The notes beneath the pieces were generated by a model. That model ran no database searches. It was not told the DNA's origin and saw nothing but the letters and a program-made list of their open reading frames with translations. A DNA stretch of 64,000 bases. It comes from the human T2T-CHM13v2.0 reference genome, Homo sapiens. A program made the translations under genes and the position numbers. Positions 41,291 through 60,353 of this stretch are shown here, in pieces. The first letter of the stretch is position 1, and the number at the start of each line of letters is the position of its first letter. The DNA lies in the NCBI RefSeq assembly GCF_009914755.1, contig NC_060931.1; one strand, given 5' to 3'.

Positions 41291-42109
41291 TGCCTCAAAT
41301 TCCTTAAGTCTTAAGGGAATTATTGTATTTCCTATGCCCTCTCTTCCCTCATATTGCATCTTCTTATTCCATCCTCATGAAGGAAACAAGAGTTCACCAC
41401 CCAAAATAATATTTTTGAACAATTAAAAATAATAGACACAACTACTATTAATTTTACCAGTGATTAAAATGATCACAAAAGTAATATGATCATGCAACTA
41501 GACACAAATTCTTTGAGTAACCTAAAGAAATCAAAATTTAAATTTAAATTTCTTTAGGGTTCTTAAAATCAGATAATTGAAAACCATTTCCAGCACATTT
41601 GTGCTGTTGCATTTGTCTTTTCAAATGCTAGTTTTATTGAAGACTGTAAAATATATTGTTACAATCTACAGTGGGAAGGACAGTGTGTTGATTACATTAC
41701 TTTTGGAAGAGGAGGAAACGATTTATATTACTTTTCTACCTGGTCATCTAGAAAGATCAACTTCAAAACCCAAGAAAATTCACTTTCCACATGAAAAGCA
41801 GTCTATGGTAGTATGTTGACTAAATGGAGCATGGGGTTTTGAGATGATAGTATTTTATTATTCTTTGTCGCAAAGGGGCTAATCATAATCATCTAGGAAT
41901 TGATTATCGCCTTACAAAGAAAAGTGTGTGTAAACTTCTTCTTGCCTTCCAAAAGCTTACAAGTTTTGGCAACTTTGTACATCTTGTGCATAAATATAAC
42001 ATTGGGCATAAAACTAAGAGAAGAAATGCTTACAAAAGATTTAAATCAATGCTTACTTGAGCAATACAGCATTGATCTAGTTCTTTTATTTTTCCCTCTT
42101 CAGGTATAA

Positions 42110-42225
42110 TAGAATGCAAGTTTCATGAGGGCAGATACTTGGGACTTGTTAATTAACTGCAGTCTCTCTAACATTTAGAAAAGTACCTGACACATAATAG
42201 ATGCTTAATAAATATCTCTTAGATA
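42110..42225 (+). mobile_element. L2 3' terminal fragment
   Basis: TAGAATGCAAGTTTCATGAGGGCAG...GTACCTGACACATAATAGATGCTTAATAAATAT. Confidence 0.7.
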
Positions 42226-43051
42226 ATATGAGCTTTAAGAGGAGGAATCATGGGGATGCCACACCTCATCCTGCATCTGTTTATATCTACGAGTTGAAGT
42301 AGTGAGGTCATCTACCTTTGTCTTTGTAAGAATATCACTGTCCGGGCCATTACCCTTCTCAGAAAAAAAAAAAAATACTTTCAATGCAATCAGCATTTGT
42401 GGATGATTTAAAGATGGAATATCTTAAGTGAAAGCATCTGTTGGAAAACATGATAAGGTACTCAGAGACAAAGTCCTTGTCATTTATATGTTCTGAATGA
42501 TGCCTAGCTTCCCATAGGTAAACACTGAGACCTAAATTGCCATAATAAAAGATCAGTGCCATTGCCATTAAAATGCACTGTGTTTCTACTATCTTGAGTG
42601 CAGAAAAAGAAAAAATGTTGGCATCATAGGGCTGATTCTGCACCCATGTGGAATGATTTAATTCTGTTAATAATGCTAGAAATGTTAAGAAAACATTTGG
42701 GGGAGGGAAAGGCAGAATATGGGAACGTGCAAAACCAGCCTTGTTTCATCTGAACTCCAGGATCCTGCGTTTTCCCTTGTTTACTGTACTTATTCTGGAT
42801 CTGTTTTCACTTTTATTTGTGGTCAGCTTCGATATGTCTACACGAAAGCACACTTCAGAAGTAAAATGACTCTGTCTTTTTACAGTATGACTTCAGACAG
42901 TTGGACAGTTTAGGATGCACTGGTTCCTGGATCAATTTTCCCATGCCTGCTTAAGGCATGCTAGTTAATATACTGCAAAGAGAAAAGGCATTGTCTCTAA
43001 AGGCACATGAATCCAACCATTGAGCTGGGTTCTGGGTGTACGCCATGCCCT

Positions 43052-43148
43052 TTGAGCCTCATGCATAGCACCCCAGCCAAATTCTGCCCACCCTCAGAAG
43101 TTGAGCCTTATGCATACCACCCCAGCCAAATTCTGCCCCCCGGAAGTT
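43052..43148. repeat. Tandem duplication of a ~49-bp unit
   Basis: TTGAGCCTCATGCATAGCACCCCAGCCAAATTCTGCCCACCCTCAGAAG followed by TTGAGCCTTATGCATACCACCCCAGCCAAATTCTGCCCCCCGGAAG. Confidence 0.95.
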
Positions 43149-45001
43149 CTCATGCAATTTTCATTGACTATAGTAGGACTCATCTGGGTGTGTCCAAGGG
43201 CAGAATCTGGCTGGCTACATGTAACATAATGTTTGGGTTGGGGCATGAGGCCAAAAAAGCATTGTTTACTATTTATATGGGTCTTCACCAATTTCTGGAC
43301 TCTAAAAGAGATGAACTCACTGCTTCTGAATAATTCATTCATCAAAGCAGACATGAAAAATTTTGTTCCTTGAGTTTAGTTAGAAAGCAAAGCATTTGCT
43401 GTTTCACTGTCTGGAAGCCAAAATATGTTTGGGGCTCTCCACTTCAACCCAAGCTGACATTCCCAAGCTGACAGCATCTTAAAGCAAGATGACTTGCTTT
43501 CTTGCAAAGAGGCAGGCAATTGTGGCCATGAGGGTATGACAAAGACATTGAGATTGCCTTGAACCTCCCTCAAGGTTTCCTACAAATTTCACGTTCCTGT
43601 AAAACATTTGGGGCTAAACTATGGTAGTAGCATAGAATAGGGTGTTGCTCTGACTTGGACTAAAATCATTTGTTTGTGTGTATGTGGAATGCCATCTATG
43701 GCACGTTAGAGACAAATGCCAGGAATATGAAACAGTGAGGAGGAAAGGCTCCTTGAAATAGTGCGTGCATCTTAGAAAGCCACCTGGGGAATCTGCTGAG
43801 AAGGGATGGCTAGATATACTTTCAAATCCTCAAATATCAAGCATCCAAGTGAAACCCATTAAGTTTGATGAGTTACTCTGTTTGTAAAAGAAAACTAAAA
43901 GCTTATAGAAATTTCAAATTTTCAAGTACCTAGGGCTAGATATTCTGTAATAAGTTCCTGCTTTTAAAAAGGGGCGATGTCTAAACTCTGTAACGTTGGT
44001 GGAGTTTTGTTCTCAAAGGTTCCCAGGTGGTCCTGAGTAGCCCATTTCAGGGTTTTATCAAACCCTGACATGGGCAAGACTTACAGATGTTCAACCCTAA
44101 ATCCACCCTGCTTTAAATCTCTTTTATCTTGTTCATATTTATATGAATGTTTAGAGTGAAATCCTCATTAGGAATTTTTTGAACATTGAGATTCAAGTCA
44201 GCCTTAGTGTTCCCTTCTCAACCATTATCATTGTAATCTTCCCTGTCAACCTGATTTTCCTCTCTTTGCTTATCTTTTTTACTTTTTTCCCTACATTTTA
44301 TAACATTAGAGGAATTATGGTGGTTCTGAATGATCTTGTTGTCTTATACCCATCCTTGGTTTTCCTCTCTTCCCCCTTTTATTTGTTTTGTTAGGAAAAA
44401 CATCATCATGAATATTGATTCTGAAATCAGGTTCTAATTTCCACATATTTGTATTCAGAGTGACTCTACCATTCAACCAAATTTCTTTAACTGGTCCTTC
44501 ACAATATATTCAATGTAATAGAATATATTAAAATCAATAATATTGGTACAAATGCTGGGATCGGAACCTTGGAATGAACAAATGGGGTCAGCTGAGGTAG
44601 AGGCTGGGGGTTTCAACTAGGCTCTACCCAGCTGCCCTGAGGATGAGGGAATCTGTATCTCAGAGGATGCAGCATGGTCTCCATGCAGCTCCATGTGCAC
44701 AGCACTTGGCAGTCTCTGGCTTCACCTCTTTATATATAAGTTTCCAGACCTATAAAATTAAAATAAGGAGGATATTCACTACCCACCTTCTAAAGTTGTA
44801 CGATTGAGTGAGTTCATGCATGTAAAGCACTTAACACAATGTTCATTACTCAAAAGATGCTAATTGGTAATAGCAGTAGTGTTAGTAGTGGTAGTAGTAG
44901 CAGTAGCAGTTGCAGTAGCTTTATTTCTTTACAGTCCCAGAAGTTAGAGAGAATCATTAAGAAGTTATAGTCCAATGTTATTTACATTTTTCAGAGAACA
45001 T

Positions 45002-45115
45002 TTATATTATTTTTTTATTTTTATTTTGAGTTCTGGGGTGCATGTGCAGGATGTACAGGTTTGTCACATAGGTAAACAGGTGCCATGGTGGTTTGTTGCA
45101 CCTGTCAAACCATCA
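45002..45115 (-). mobile_element. Short L1PA (about PA8-PA13) 3'-terminal fragment
   Basis: T-rich tail, then TTCTGGGGTGCATGTGCAGGATGTACAGGTTTGTCACATAGGTAAACAGGTGCCATGGTGGTTTG. Confidence 0.85.
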
Positions 45116-45465
45116 TGCTTAATGTTCTAGAACAAGAAATTTTGACGTGAGGTCTCACAGGATAAAACTGCAATAAACTAAGACAAGTGAGAAGGGGGAT
45201 GGGTAGAGAAGAGGTTTCCACAGCCCGTAGAGTCTGGAGGCAATTACTCAGTTTCTCCGCAGAAACAGGTGAAAGTGTCCAAGGCCTAGGCTGTACAAAT
45301 AAAGCAGTCAAAAAGCTGAGATTTAGGAAAGGATGATGGCCCTTGACAAAGCATCTACAGGAAGAAGCTGGACAAACAGAGGCTCAGAACCATGATGAGG
45401 CTAACTTGGGGACAGTCTGAGTTATGATGGAAGGGCTATCTGACTACACTGGACATGTCCCATGG

Positions 45466-45908
45466 TGTATTAGTTAGGGTTCTCTAGAGGCACAGAACTA
45501 AGAGGATAGATGTATATATAAAGGGGAGTTTATAAGGTGTACTGACTCACACGATCACAAGGTGAGGTCCCACAATAGGTCATCTGCAAACTGAGGGGCA
45601 AGGAAGCCAGTCCGATTCCCAAAGCTGAAGAACTTGGGAGTCCAATGTTTGAGAGCAAGAAGCATCCAGCACAGGAGAAAGATGCAGGCCAGAAGACTAA
45701 ACCAGTCTAGCCTTTTTATGTTCTTTTGCCTGCTTTTATTCTGGCCTCACTTGTGTGTCTACCCAGATTGAGGGTGGGTGGGTCTGCCTTTCCCAATCTA
45801 CTGACTCAAATATTAATCTCCTTTGGCAACACCCACATAGACACACCGAGGAACAATACTTTGCATCATTAAATCCAATCAAGTTGACACTCAGTATTAA
45901 CTATCACA
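45466..45908 (-). mobile_element. MLT2A (HERV-L) solo LTR
   Basis: TGTATTAGTTAGGGTTCTCTAGAG...CCCAAAGCTGAAGAACTTGG...CAATCAAGTTGACACTCAGTATTAACTATCACA. TG...CA ends with perfect 5-bp TSD CATGG at 45461-45465 and 45909-45913. Confidence 0.96.
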
Positions 45909-46849
45909 CATGGCTACTCCACCCTTACCCTGTTTGTCAATAAGGAAAGCACAAGAGCAGGTGAGGGCAGCCAAGAGACTTGGCAGTGGATTTCAGGCCT
46001 GAGAAAGCTGCTTAATTTCAAGGATAACCTGAAGGACTCTGCCCTTGAGACTGGCCCCTGGCCTCACCTGAAGACAGAGGCCATCAGACATCCCAGCAGC
46101 GGAAGCCTGGACAGTCTGAATAAATGGGAATAGCCTTCTGGAAAATGAAGAATGCTTGGATTTGCAAGAACTGTATTCAGCCAAGGCTGGATTATCTGCA
46201 AAGAGGTATGCATATGCTTGGGCACTGTCTCCTCCCTCACAGCCCAACTGGTCCACTTCCAGCCATGCTCCCTGGGGACATTGCCTCCATTCCCCAAGAC
46301 TTACTCTTCTGCAGTTTCACAAAGCCCAGTTGGTTTAAATTCTTTGTCCTTCCATTGTCCAAACCTAATAAGGAAGTCAGTCAGCTGTGGGTTGGGATAA
46401 GGAACTGGTTGGTGGTAAGGAAGAACATTCCTCCAAGGGCCTTTTGATCTTTAAGAGGCAATAAGTTGCCCCATTCCCTGCTTTTATACAAAAATATCTC
46501 TTGTGTGTGTCATTCAGACAGATTGTTTTCCTTCCCATGAATGTAATTGTTGTCTCTTGGAGATTTTATGAGAAACAGAATTCAGGCCATTCCAGAGTTA
46601 GGCAGAAGAGGAAAGCATATGACTTTATCTTGCTCACTTCCCAGACTTGTCCTTTTACTTGTTAATATTTGTCTCCAGGAGTCATATATTTCAATGACAA
46701 GGCAAAATACCCCCAGACAATTCATGCCTGTTCCTGACTCTGTACCTAACGAACTGTGGACCTTGGTCAAACATTTTATACTGTTGGGCCTCGGTTTTCT
46801 CATCTGGAAACTTGGGAAGTTGGACTGGACAAGATAAATTTGGCAGGTA

Positions 46850-47055
46850 GTGGGTTATTGCTATCAAAAACATGGATTTTGCAAATTAACATACCTGATT
46901 TTCAACCCTAGTTCTGTTACTTGCAAAGATGACTCAAATGCAGCAGAGCCTCAGTTTTCTCTTATAAACAAGGTTGTTATGAAGATTACATAAAATAATG
47001 CTTGTGAAGTGCTTAATACTACCTGAATATTGTAAGTGCTAAGTCAGCTTTAGCT
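46850..47055 (+). mobile_element. MIR SINE relic (a second fragment lies at ~46730-46830)
   Basis: GAGCCTCAGTTTTCTC...GGTTGTTATGAAGATTACATAAAATAATGCTTGTGAAGTGCTTA. Confidence 0.7.
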
Positions 47056-47739
47056 CATATTTGGTGTTTCCATCTATGATTTTTCCTTCTGAAGTAAACT
47101 TTACAATATCTGTTATTTTTTACCATATATGCCAATGATATTTTCTATTAGTGTGGGCAAATCAAAATGGGCAATGGTAACACTATATTTTATTCTATAT
47201 ATACAAGTGTGTGTGTGTGCTCTCTCTTTCACACACACGTACACACACCCAAAAAAGTAACTTATTTTTCTACCATCAGCAGAATCTAGAATTAACTTAA
47301 AGAGGTTACTTTAACCTAGTATGGTTAAAGAAGTACCATACTAGGTTTTGGTTCCTCAAGCTCTTTCACAAATCCTTCCTTTTGAGTCAACAGCTCATGA
47401 AGATAGTAGGTCAATGTTTTTTTCAACTTGTATTTTAGATTCAGGGGGTATATGTGCAGGTTTGTTATCTGGGTATGTTGTGTGATGCTGAGGTTTGGGA
47501 TATGAATGATCCCATCACCCAGGTACTGAGCATAGTACTCAACAGTTAGTTTTTTAGCCCTTGTCAACCTCCCTACCCTCTCTAGTAGCCCCCAGTTTCT
47601 ATTGTTGCCATATGTTCCTGAGTACCCAATGTTTGGCTCCCACTTATTTATATGTGAGAACATATGGTATTTGGTTTTTTTGTCCTGACATTAATTTGCC
47701 TAGCATAATAGCCTCCAGCTGCATCCATGTTGCTGCGAA

Positions 47740-51560
<3,821 letters not shown>

Positions 51561-51649
51561 TTGGTTGCTTTGTAGTTTCTATTGTGAGGCTGCTTGATAG
51601 GGTCTGTGGGCTATGTCCTTAAGTGTGTTTTTGTGGTAGCAGTTTTCAT

Positions 51650-52592
51650 TATTTCATTTCTATGTTTAGAACTCTCTTAAGGAACTGTTGTAAGACTTGT
51701 CTAGTGGTAATGAATTCCTTTAGCATTTGCTTGCCCGGAAAAGATTTTCCCTTCACTTATGAAGCTTAGTTTGGTGGGATATGAAATTCTTGGTTGGAAC
51801 TCTTTTTCCTTAGGAATGCTGAAAATAGGCCCCCAATCTCTCCTGGCTTATAAGGTTTATGCTGAGAAGTCCACTGTTAGCCTGATGGGGCTCCCTTTGT
51901 AAGTGAGCTGCTTTTAAGATTTTTTTCTTTAGTGTCGACCTCGGATAGCCTAGTGACTGTATGCCTTGATGACAGTCATTTTGTGTAGTATCTGGCAGGT
52001 GTTCTCTGGATTTCTTGTATCTGGATGTGTACCTCTCTAGCAAGATAAGGGAAATTTTCTTGAATGATTTCCTCAAATTTTTTTTTCCAGGTTATTTACT
52101 CTTTCTCCTTCTGTCTCAGGAATGCCAATCATTTGTAAGTTTGGTCACTTTACATAATATTTCTTGACAACTTTATTCATTTTTTAAAATTATTTTTTTC
52201 TTTATTTTTGTCTGACTTGGTTAGTTTGAAAGACCAGTCTTCAGGCTCTGAAATTCTTTCTTCTGCTTGGTCCAGTCTATTGATAAATCTGTCAATTATA
52301 TTTTGAAATTCCTTAAGTGAGGTTTTAAATTCCAGAAGCTCTGTTTGATTTTTTTTTTAAAGATGTTTACCTCTTCCTTCATTTCCTTGATTGCTTTAGA
52401 AGTTTCTTTGTGTTGATGTTCAACCTTGTCTTGGAGGTTGAGCTTCCTTGCAATCCATGCTTTCAAATCTGTCATTTCTGAGTTTCCATTTTTGTCAGGA
52501 GCCATTGCTGGAGAGCTAGTGTGATCCTTTGATGCTGTCACCACATTCAAATTCCTCATGGTGCCAGAATTCTTGCAGTGGTTCCTTCTCAT
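51650..52592 (-). pseudogene. Disrupted L1 ORF1 of the old L1
   Basis: MRRNHCKNSGTMRNLNVVTASKDHTSSPAMAPDKNGNSEMTD..KAWIARKLN..QDKVEHQHKETSKAIKEMKEE is the ORF1p N-terminus of older primate L1s. Confidence 0.85.
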
Positions 52593-53174
52593 CTGGAGAT
52601 GCTAGCACTTCTAATTTTTATAATTATTTTAGTGTGGGTAGGATTTTTCTTTTTCTTTCTTGCCTATAATATTATTTTTTTCTTTACCATTCCCTCCCTT
52701 CCTAGGTGATGTGACTGTAGAGAATGCTGGGTAGGGTCTTTTGGCTTTGTTTCTATAGCCCCATGCACTTCTGATGGCAGGTTTTATATTGGGCTCTGCA
52801 GTTTGACCTACAAGCTTGTAGATGGCGCTTATAGGTAAGAGCCAGCTGCAGCCAACATGGTTGGATATATACTTGATCCTTGCTTACTAGGAGAAGCCCT
52901 CTGTTTCCTCAGGCAATGGGCTAAGCTGTGGAGTGCACAGTGGTCTGAGCTCCCTCCTCAGCCCTGTGGGGTTGGGGGCCAAGATGGGCAGGGCTAGACC
53001 AGGCAGGTCCTCCTCCAGGGGCCCCGATGGCAGGCATGAGCACCAGTGCTGAGGGTGGGTACAGTGAGCAGCCACTGAGCACCCAGAGGTGTGCCTAGGC
53101 ATGGTGCTGGGAAACCTCCTTGGCCTAAGTTCTCTATGTGGGACTGAGGGGTAGTTTAAACTCCTAGGAGAATA

Positions 53175-53800
53175 GGTACTCCAGATGCCTGGAGGTCTGC
53201 CTGGTTATGGGGTAGAGAGGGCCCCTTGCACCCAGGATCTCTGCACAAGAAGGCTGGGGAAGTTTAGGCCACTGTTCCAGTTGGGTGGGTGATGTGAATG
53301 CCTGGAGATGTGCCTGAGTGTGGAGCAGAGAAGGTCTCCCTACACCAAGTTCTCTGCTCGGGAGGGGCAGGATGACTAAGGCAAGCATCCTGGAGATTTG
53401 CCTGGGCATGGAGCAGAAAGGGCCTCTCTGCATCTGGATCTCTGCATAGGAAGGGTGGGGTAGTTCAGGCTGCTGAACTAAATGAGTGGGTGCTCTAAAT
53501 GCCTGGAGATTTGCCTGCATGTGAAGCAGAGAGGGCCTCCCTGTACCAGGATCTCTGCACAGGAAGGATGGGGCATGTCAGGCTGCTGATACAGGTGAGT
53601 GGGTGCTCTGAATGCCTGGATGTCTGCCTGTGAATGGAGCGGCAAGAGCTCTGCTGTACCACAGTCTATGCCCAGGAAGGGTGGTGCGGCTCAGGCTGCG
53701 AAACCACACAAGTGGGTGCTCCAAATGCCTGGATTTCTGCCTGAGGGTGAAATGGAGAGTGCCCTGCTATACCACAATCTCAGAGGAGCAAGCTGGGGCA
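53175..53800. repeat. Tandem array of six ~113-bp monomers in the L1 5' region
   Basis: Anchor AT(G)CCTGGA at 53185, 53298, 53387, 53499, 53612 and 53725, giving spacings of 113, 89, 112, 113 and 113. Confidence 0.92.
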
Positions 53801-54944
53801 CCCAGCAATGGTAGATGCAGACCAGTTCCACGTTGCCAAGCTGGCAAGTCTCACTGCCCAAGAGAAACTACAGCTGTAGCAGCTCTCCTTCTGCCTGAGG
53901 CTTGCAATGTGAGGAGCACAATTCTAGCACCTACTGCTGAGGTGCCTTCTACAGTTCGGGCTGTGGAGGCCCCTACCCCACTCCAAAGCAAGTCTTGCTC
54001 CAGCCTCTGGTCCAAGACTAAAATACCAACACAGTCATGCTGCTAGGTCAGCAAAGAATTCTTGACTTTATGTGGTCCTGCATTAAAAATGGCACCCTGC
54101 TCTTGGTCCTAGGCTAGCCTGGGGAAAATGTATTGAGCTTTTTGTGGTGTCTTTCTCTTACAACATCTTCAATCCTTTCCCCAAGTTAGCACTAGGGCTT
54201 GGGAGAAACAAAGTGTTCCCCCTTGGCCTGGGTTGCTTGGATCTCCACTGGAAAGGTGAGCTTCAGAGGGAGGCTTTCTGCCTCTCTCATGTACTGGGGT
54301 TTTACTCATTTTTATCAGCCAGACACCATCACAGGGGCTGTTTGCTGGCATTTTTCTCCCTGGATTCTGGTTTGTTCTTCAAGATTCCAGTAGATTCCTA
54401 TTTTCCTTCTTGAATGAAAGTTCACAGAGTTGATCTTTATGCATTGTCTTGCTATCTCCAAGTGGCTGAGGCAAACTAAAAGCCTCTCATCTGCCATCTG
54501 GGATGGGGTGGGGTAGTTGGTCAATTTTAAGGCTAAAGAGGTTACTAAGGTTATTCTTTAGCAAGCCCATTGTATGCAAAGTAAAGGCCTCTGTACATAT
54601 GGAATGAACAGAATCTTAATAGGTGAAGTTATCACAACTCTGCAATATTAGCTATGGCCATTAACTCCAGAACCAGGGCTTGGTTTGGTAGGAGTATACA
54701 AGTGAGAAGTCAAATAAGAGTTGCATGAAGATATTGTAAAGAAAGAGTATAAGAAGATGATGAGAATAGAGTTAAGTTAAAAGTGTTTGTCTGTAGTGTC
54801 TTTGGGGAGAAGTTTGGAGATTACAAACCAACACTTCTATTGTCCAATATCACATTTCCCATTCTTAGTTGAGTTGGTTTTGATATAATTTGAAGGCTGG
54901 ATCTTCTTCATTTTTGTGTATGGTACAGGCAATTCTGACTTTTT

Positions 54945-55690
54945 ACTTATTTATCCACTCAAAAAATAGTAGTAAGTACCTATAGTTGGCCAGCATTGTG
55001 TTAGATTTTAAAACTGGTCCTCTACCCATGGGGAACTTACATTTTTGGAGGAGACAGATGAGAAAGTCAACCCTCTCAGTACAATAGGTGGTTCTTTGAA
55101 AGAGGTATTCAGTAGATACTATGAGAACACAGAGCAGGAACACCCAAGTCACTGGGGAGTCGGGGGAAAAAACCCTGAATAAGCAGTGATAGAGGCCGGG
55201 AGTAGTGAAGACATACTGGAGAGAAGTTAAATCATGGAGTAAGTAAGAATAGTGACTGGACTTAGAATCAGGTTACTCACTGGGGGATTTAGGATAACAA
55301 TTATATCAACTATTGATGGAAGGAATACAAGACAAAGAGCTATTTTATGCAAAATAATGATAATTTTTGTCTTAACCATGTGGAATTTGAGGATCTTGTG
55401 GTACATCCAAAAGAAGATAAGGTATCCAGCAAACAACTGTCATTAGGATTCAAATGGAGGTTGGAGCCATGAACATATATATAGTTCTTCAGACAGAGTA
55501 TATAGACTGAACAAAAGTAGGCAATGGGATGCCTGAGGAAGAACCATTTTTAAGGGTTGAAATGAGTAAATAGAGATGGCAGGAAGGAAGAGAAGAAATA
55601 GCTTCATTAGTAGAAGGAACATCTGGAAGAGTTGTATTACATAAGCCGAGAGAGAGAACTTCTAGAAGGAGGTAGTGATCTGCAGAGTCA
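54945..55690 (-). mobile_element. L2 LINE, split by later insertions (continues ~56330-56545 and ~60370-60480)
   Basis: TTATTTATCCACTCAAAAAATAGTAGTAAGTACCTA...TCCTCTACCCATGGGGAACTTACATTTT, then purine-rich reverse L2 body. Confidence 0.62.
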
Positions 55691-55699
55691 AATATTACA

Positions 55700-56320
55700 C
55701 ATGTAATATAATGGTTGCTAGGTGGGCTTTTTGCTAGCTAAGAAATGTTCATTCAGGTTCTCTTGACAAAGAAATCAAGAAATCAATTTGCTTAATTATA
55801 ACTATACACTCAGAAAATGAAGTAGACAGAAACTCTACTCATGCAACCAGGTTCTGAGAGAATAGGAACCAAGGAATGCCAGGCCTCATAAAGAATGGAC
55901 TGCAGTTCAGAAACTAGGAGCTCAGGATATAACGCAACTCTTGCAATCAGGATATTTTGTTACATCCTCAATAGGAGGTGCACCCTGGTCTGTCTACAGG
56001 CAGTCTGCCATCAACCTAATTCTTTGTTACTCTATGGAGGTCTACACACCTTGGATGCACTTCCATATTACCATCTCTAGACCAGCTCTTTCAAGAGAGA
56101 ATCTGATTGGCCTAGTTTATCCCCATGTTTCTAATTAGAGAGGGACCTCATAGTCCATAGATTGGTAGCTATTGAATCACTTGTGTTGCCTCACCCCCCT
56201 GGGGCCCAGTCAGCTGTAGCCAGGGAAACAAAGTAATATGGTACCCAGAACATGACTACTTCTTCATAAAGAACTGGTAAGGACTGCTTTCCTCAAAAAG
56301 GGGCAGTGGCTGTGGAAGAT
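55700..56320 (-). mobile_element. Very old MaLR LTR (MLT1M/N-like)
   Basis: GAGAGAATCTGATTGGCCTAG...CCCAGTCAGCTGTAGCCAGGG...AACATGACT. Confidence 0.5.
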
Positions 56321-56558
56321 GCTTCATGTTTTAAAGCCTGTATCATGGACATTAATAATGTAGAAGTATATGTGTACCTGTGAGAGTATCTTCAACACTG
56401 GAGATAAACACTGGAATTGGGATCTTAATGGATTGAAGAGTAAATGGGAAGTGAGCCAGTGGAGGCAGGGAATATAGATGAATCTTTGCAGGAAGGAGGG
56501 TAAGAGATACAGTACCACAGCAAATAGGAAATTTGTTTCCAAGGTAACATTATCTTTT

Positions 56559-60353
<3,795 letters not shown>

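Noticed and set aside
53175-53800. Regularly spaced repeats as a CRISPR-like array
   Set aside because: Whole units are homologous with no unique spacers, there are no cas genes, and the array lies in a eukaryotic L1.
53612-54046. 144-aa plus-strand ORF as an ORF0-like L1 antisense protein
   Set aside because: No recognisable similarity. The GC-rich repeat-derived sequence has few stops, so the length is unremarkable.
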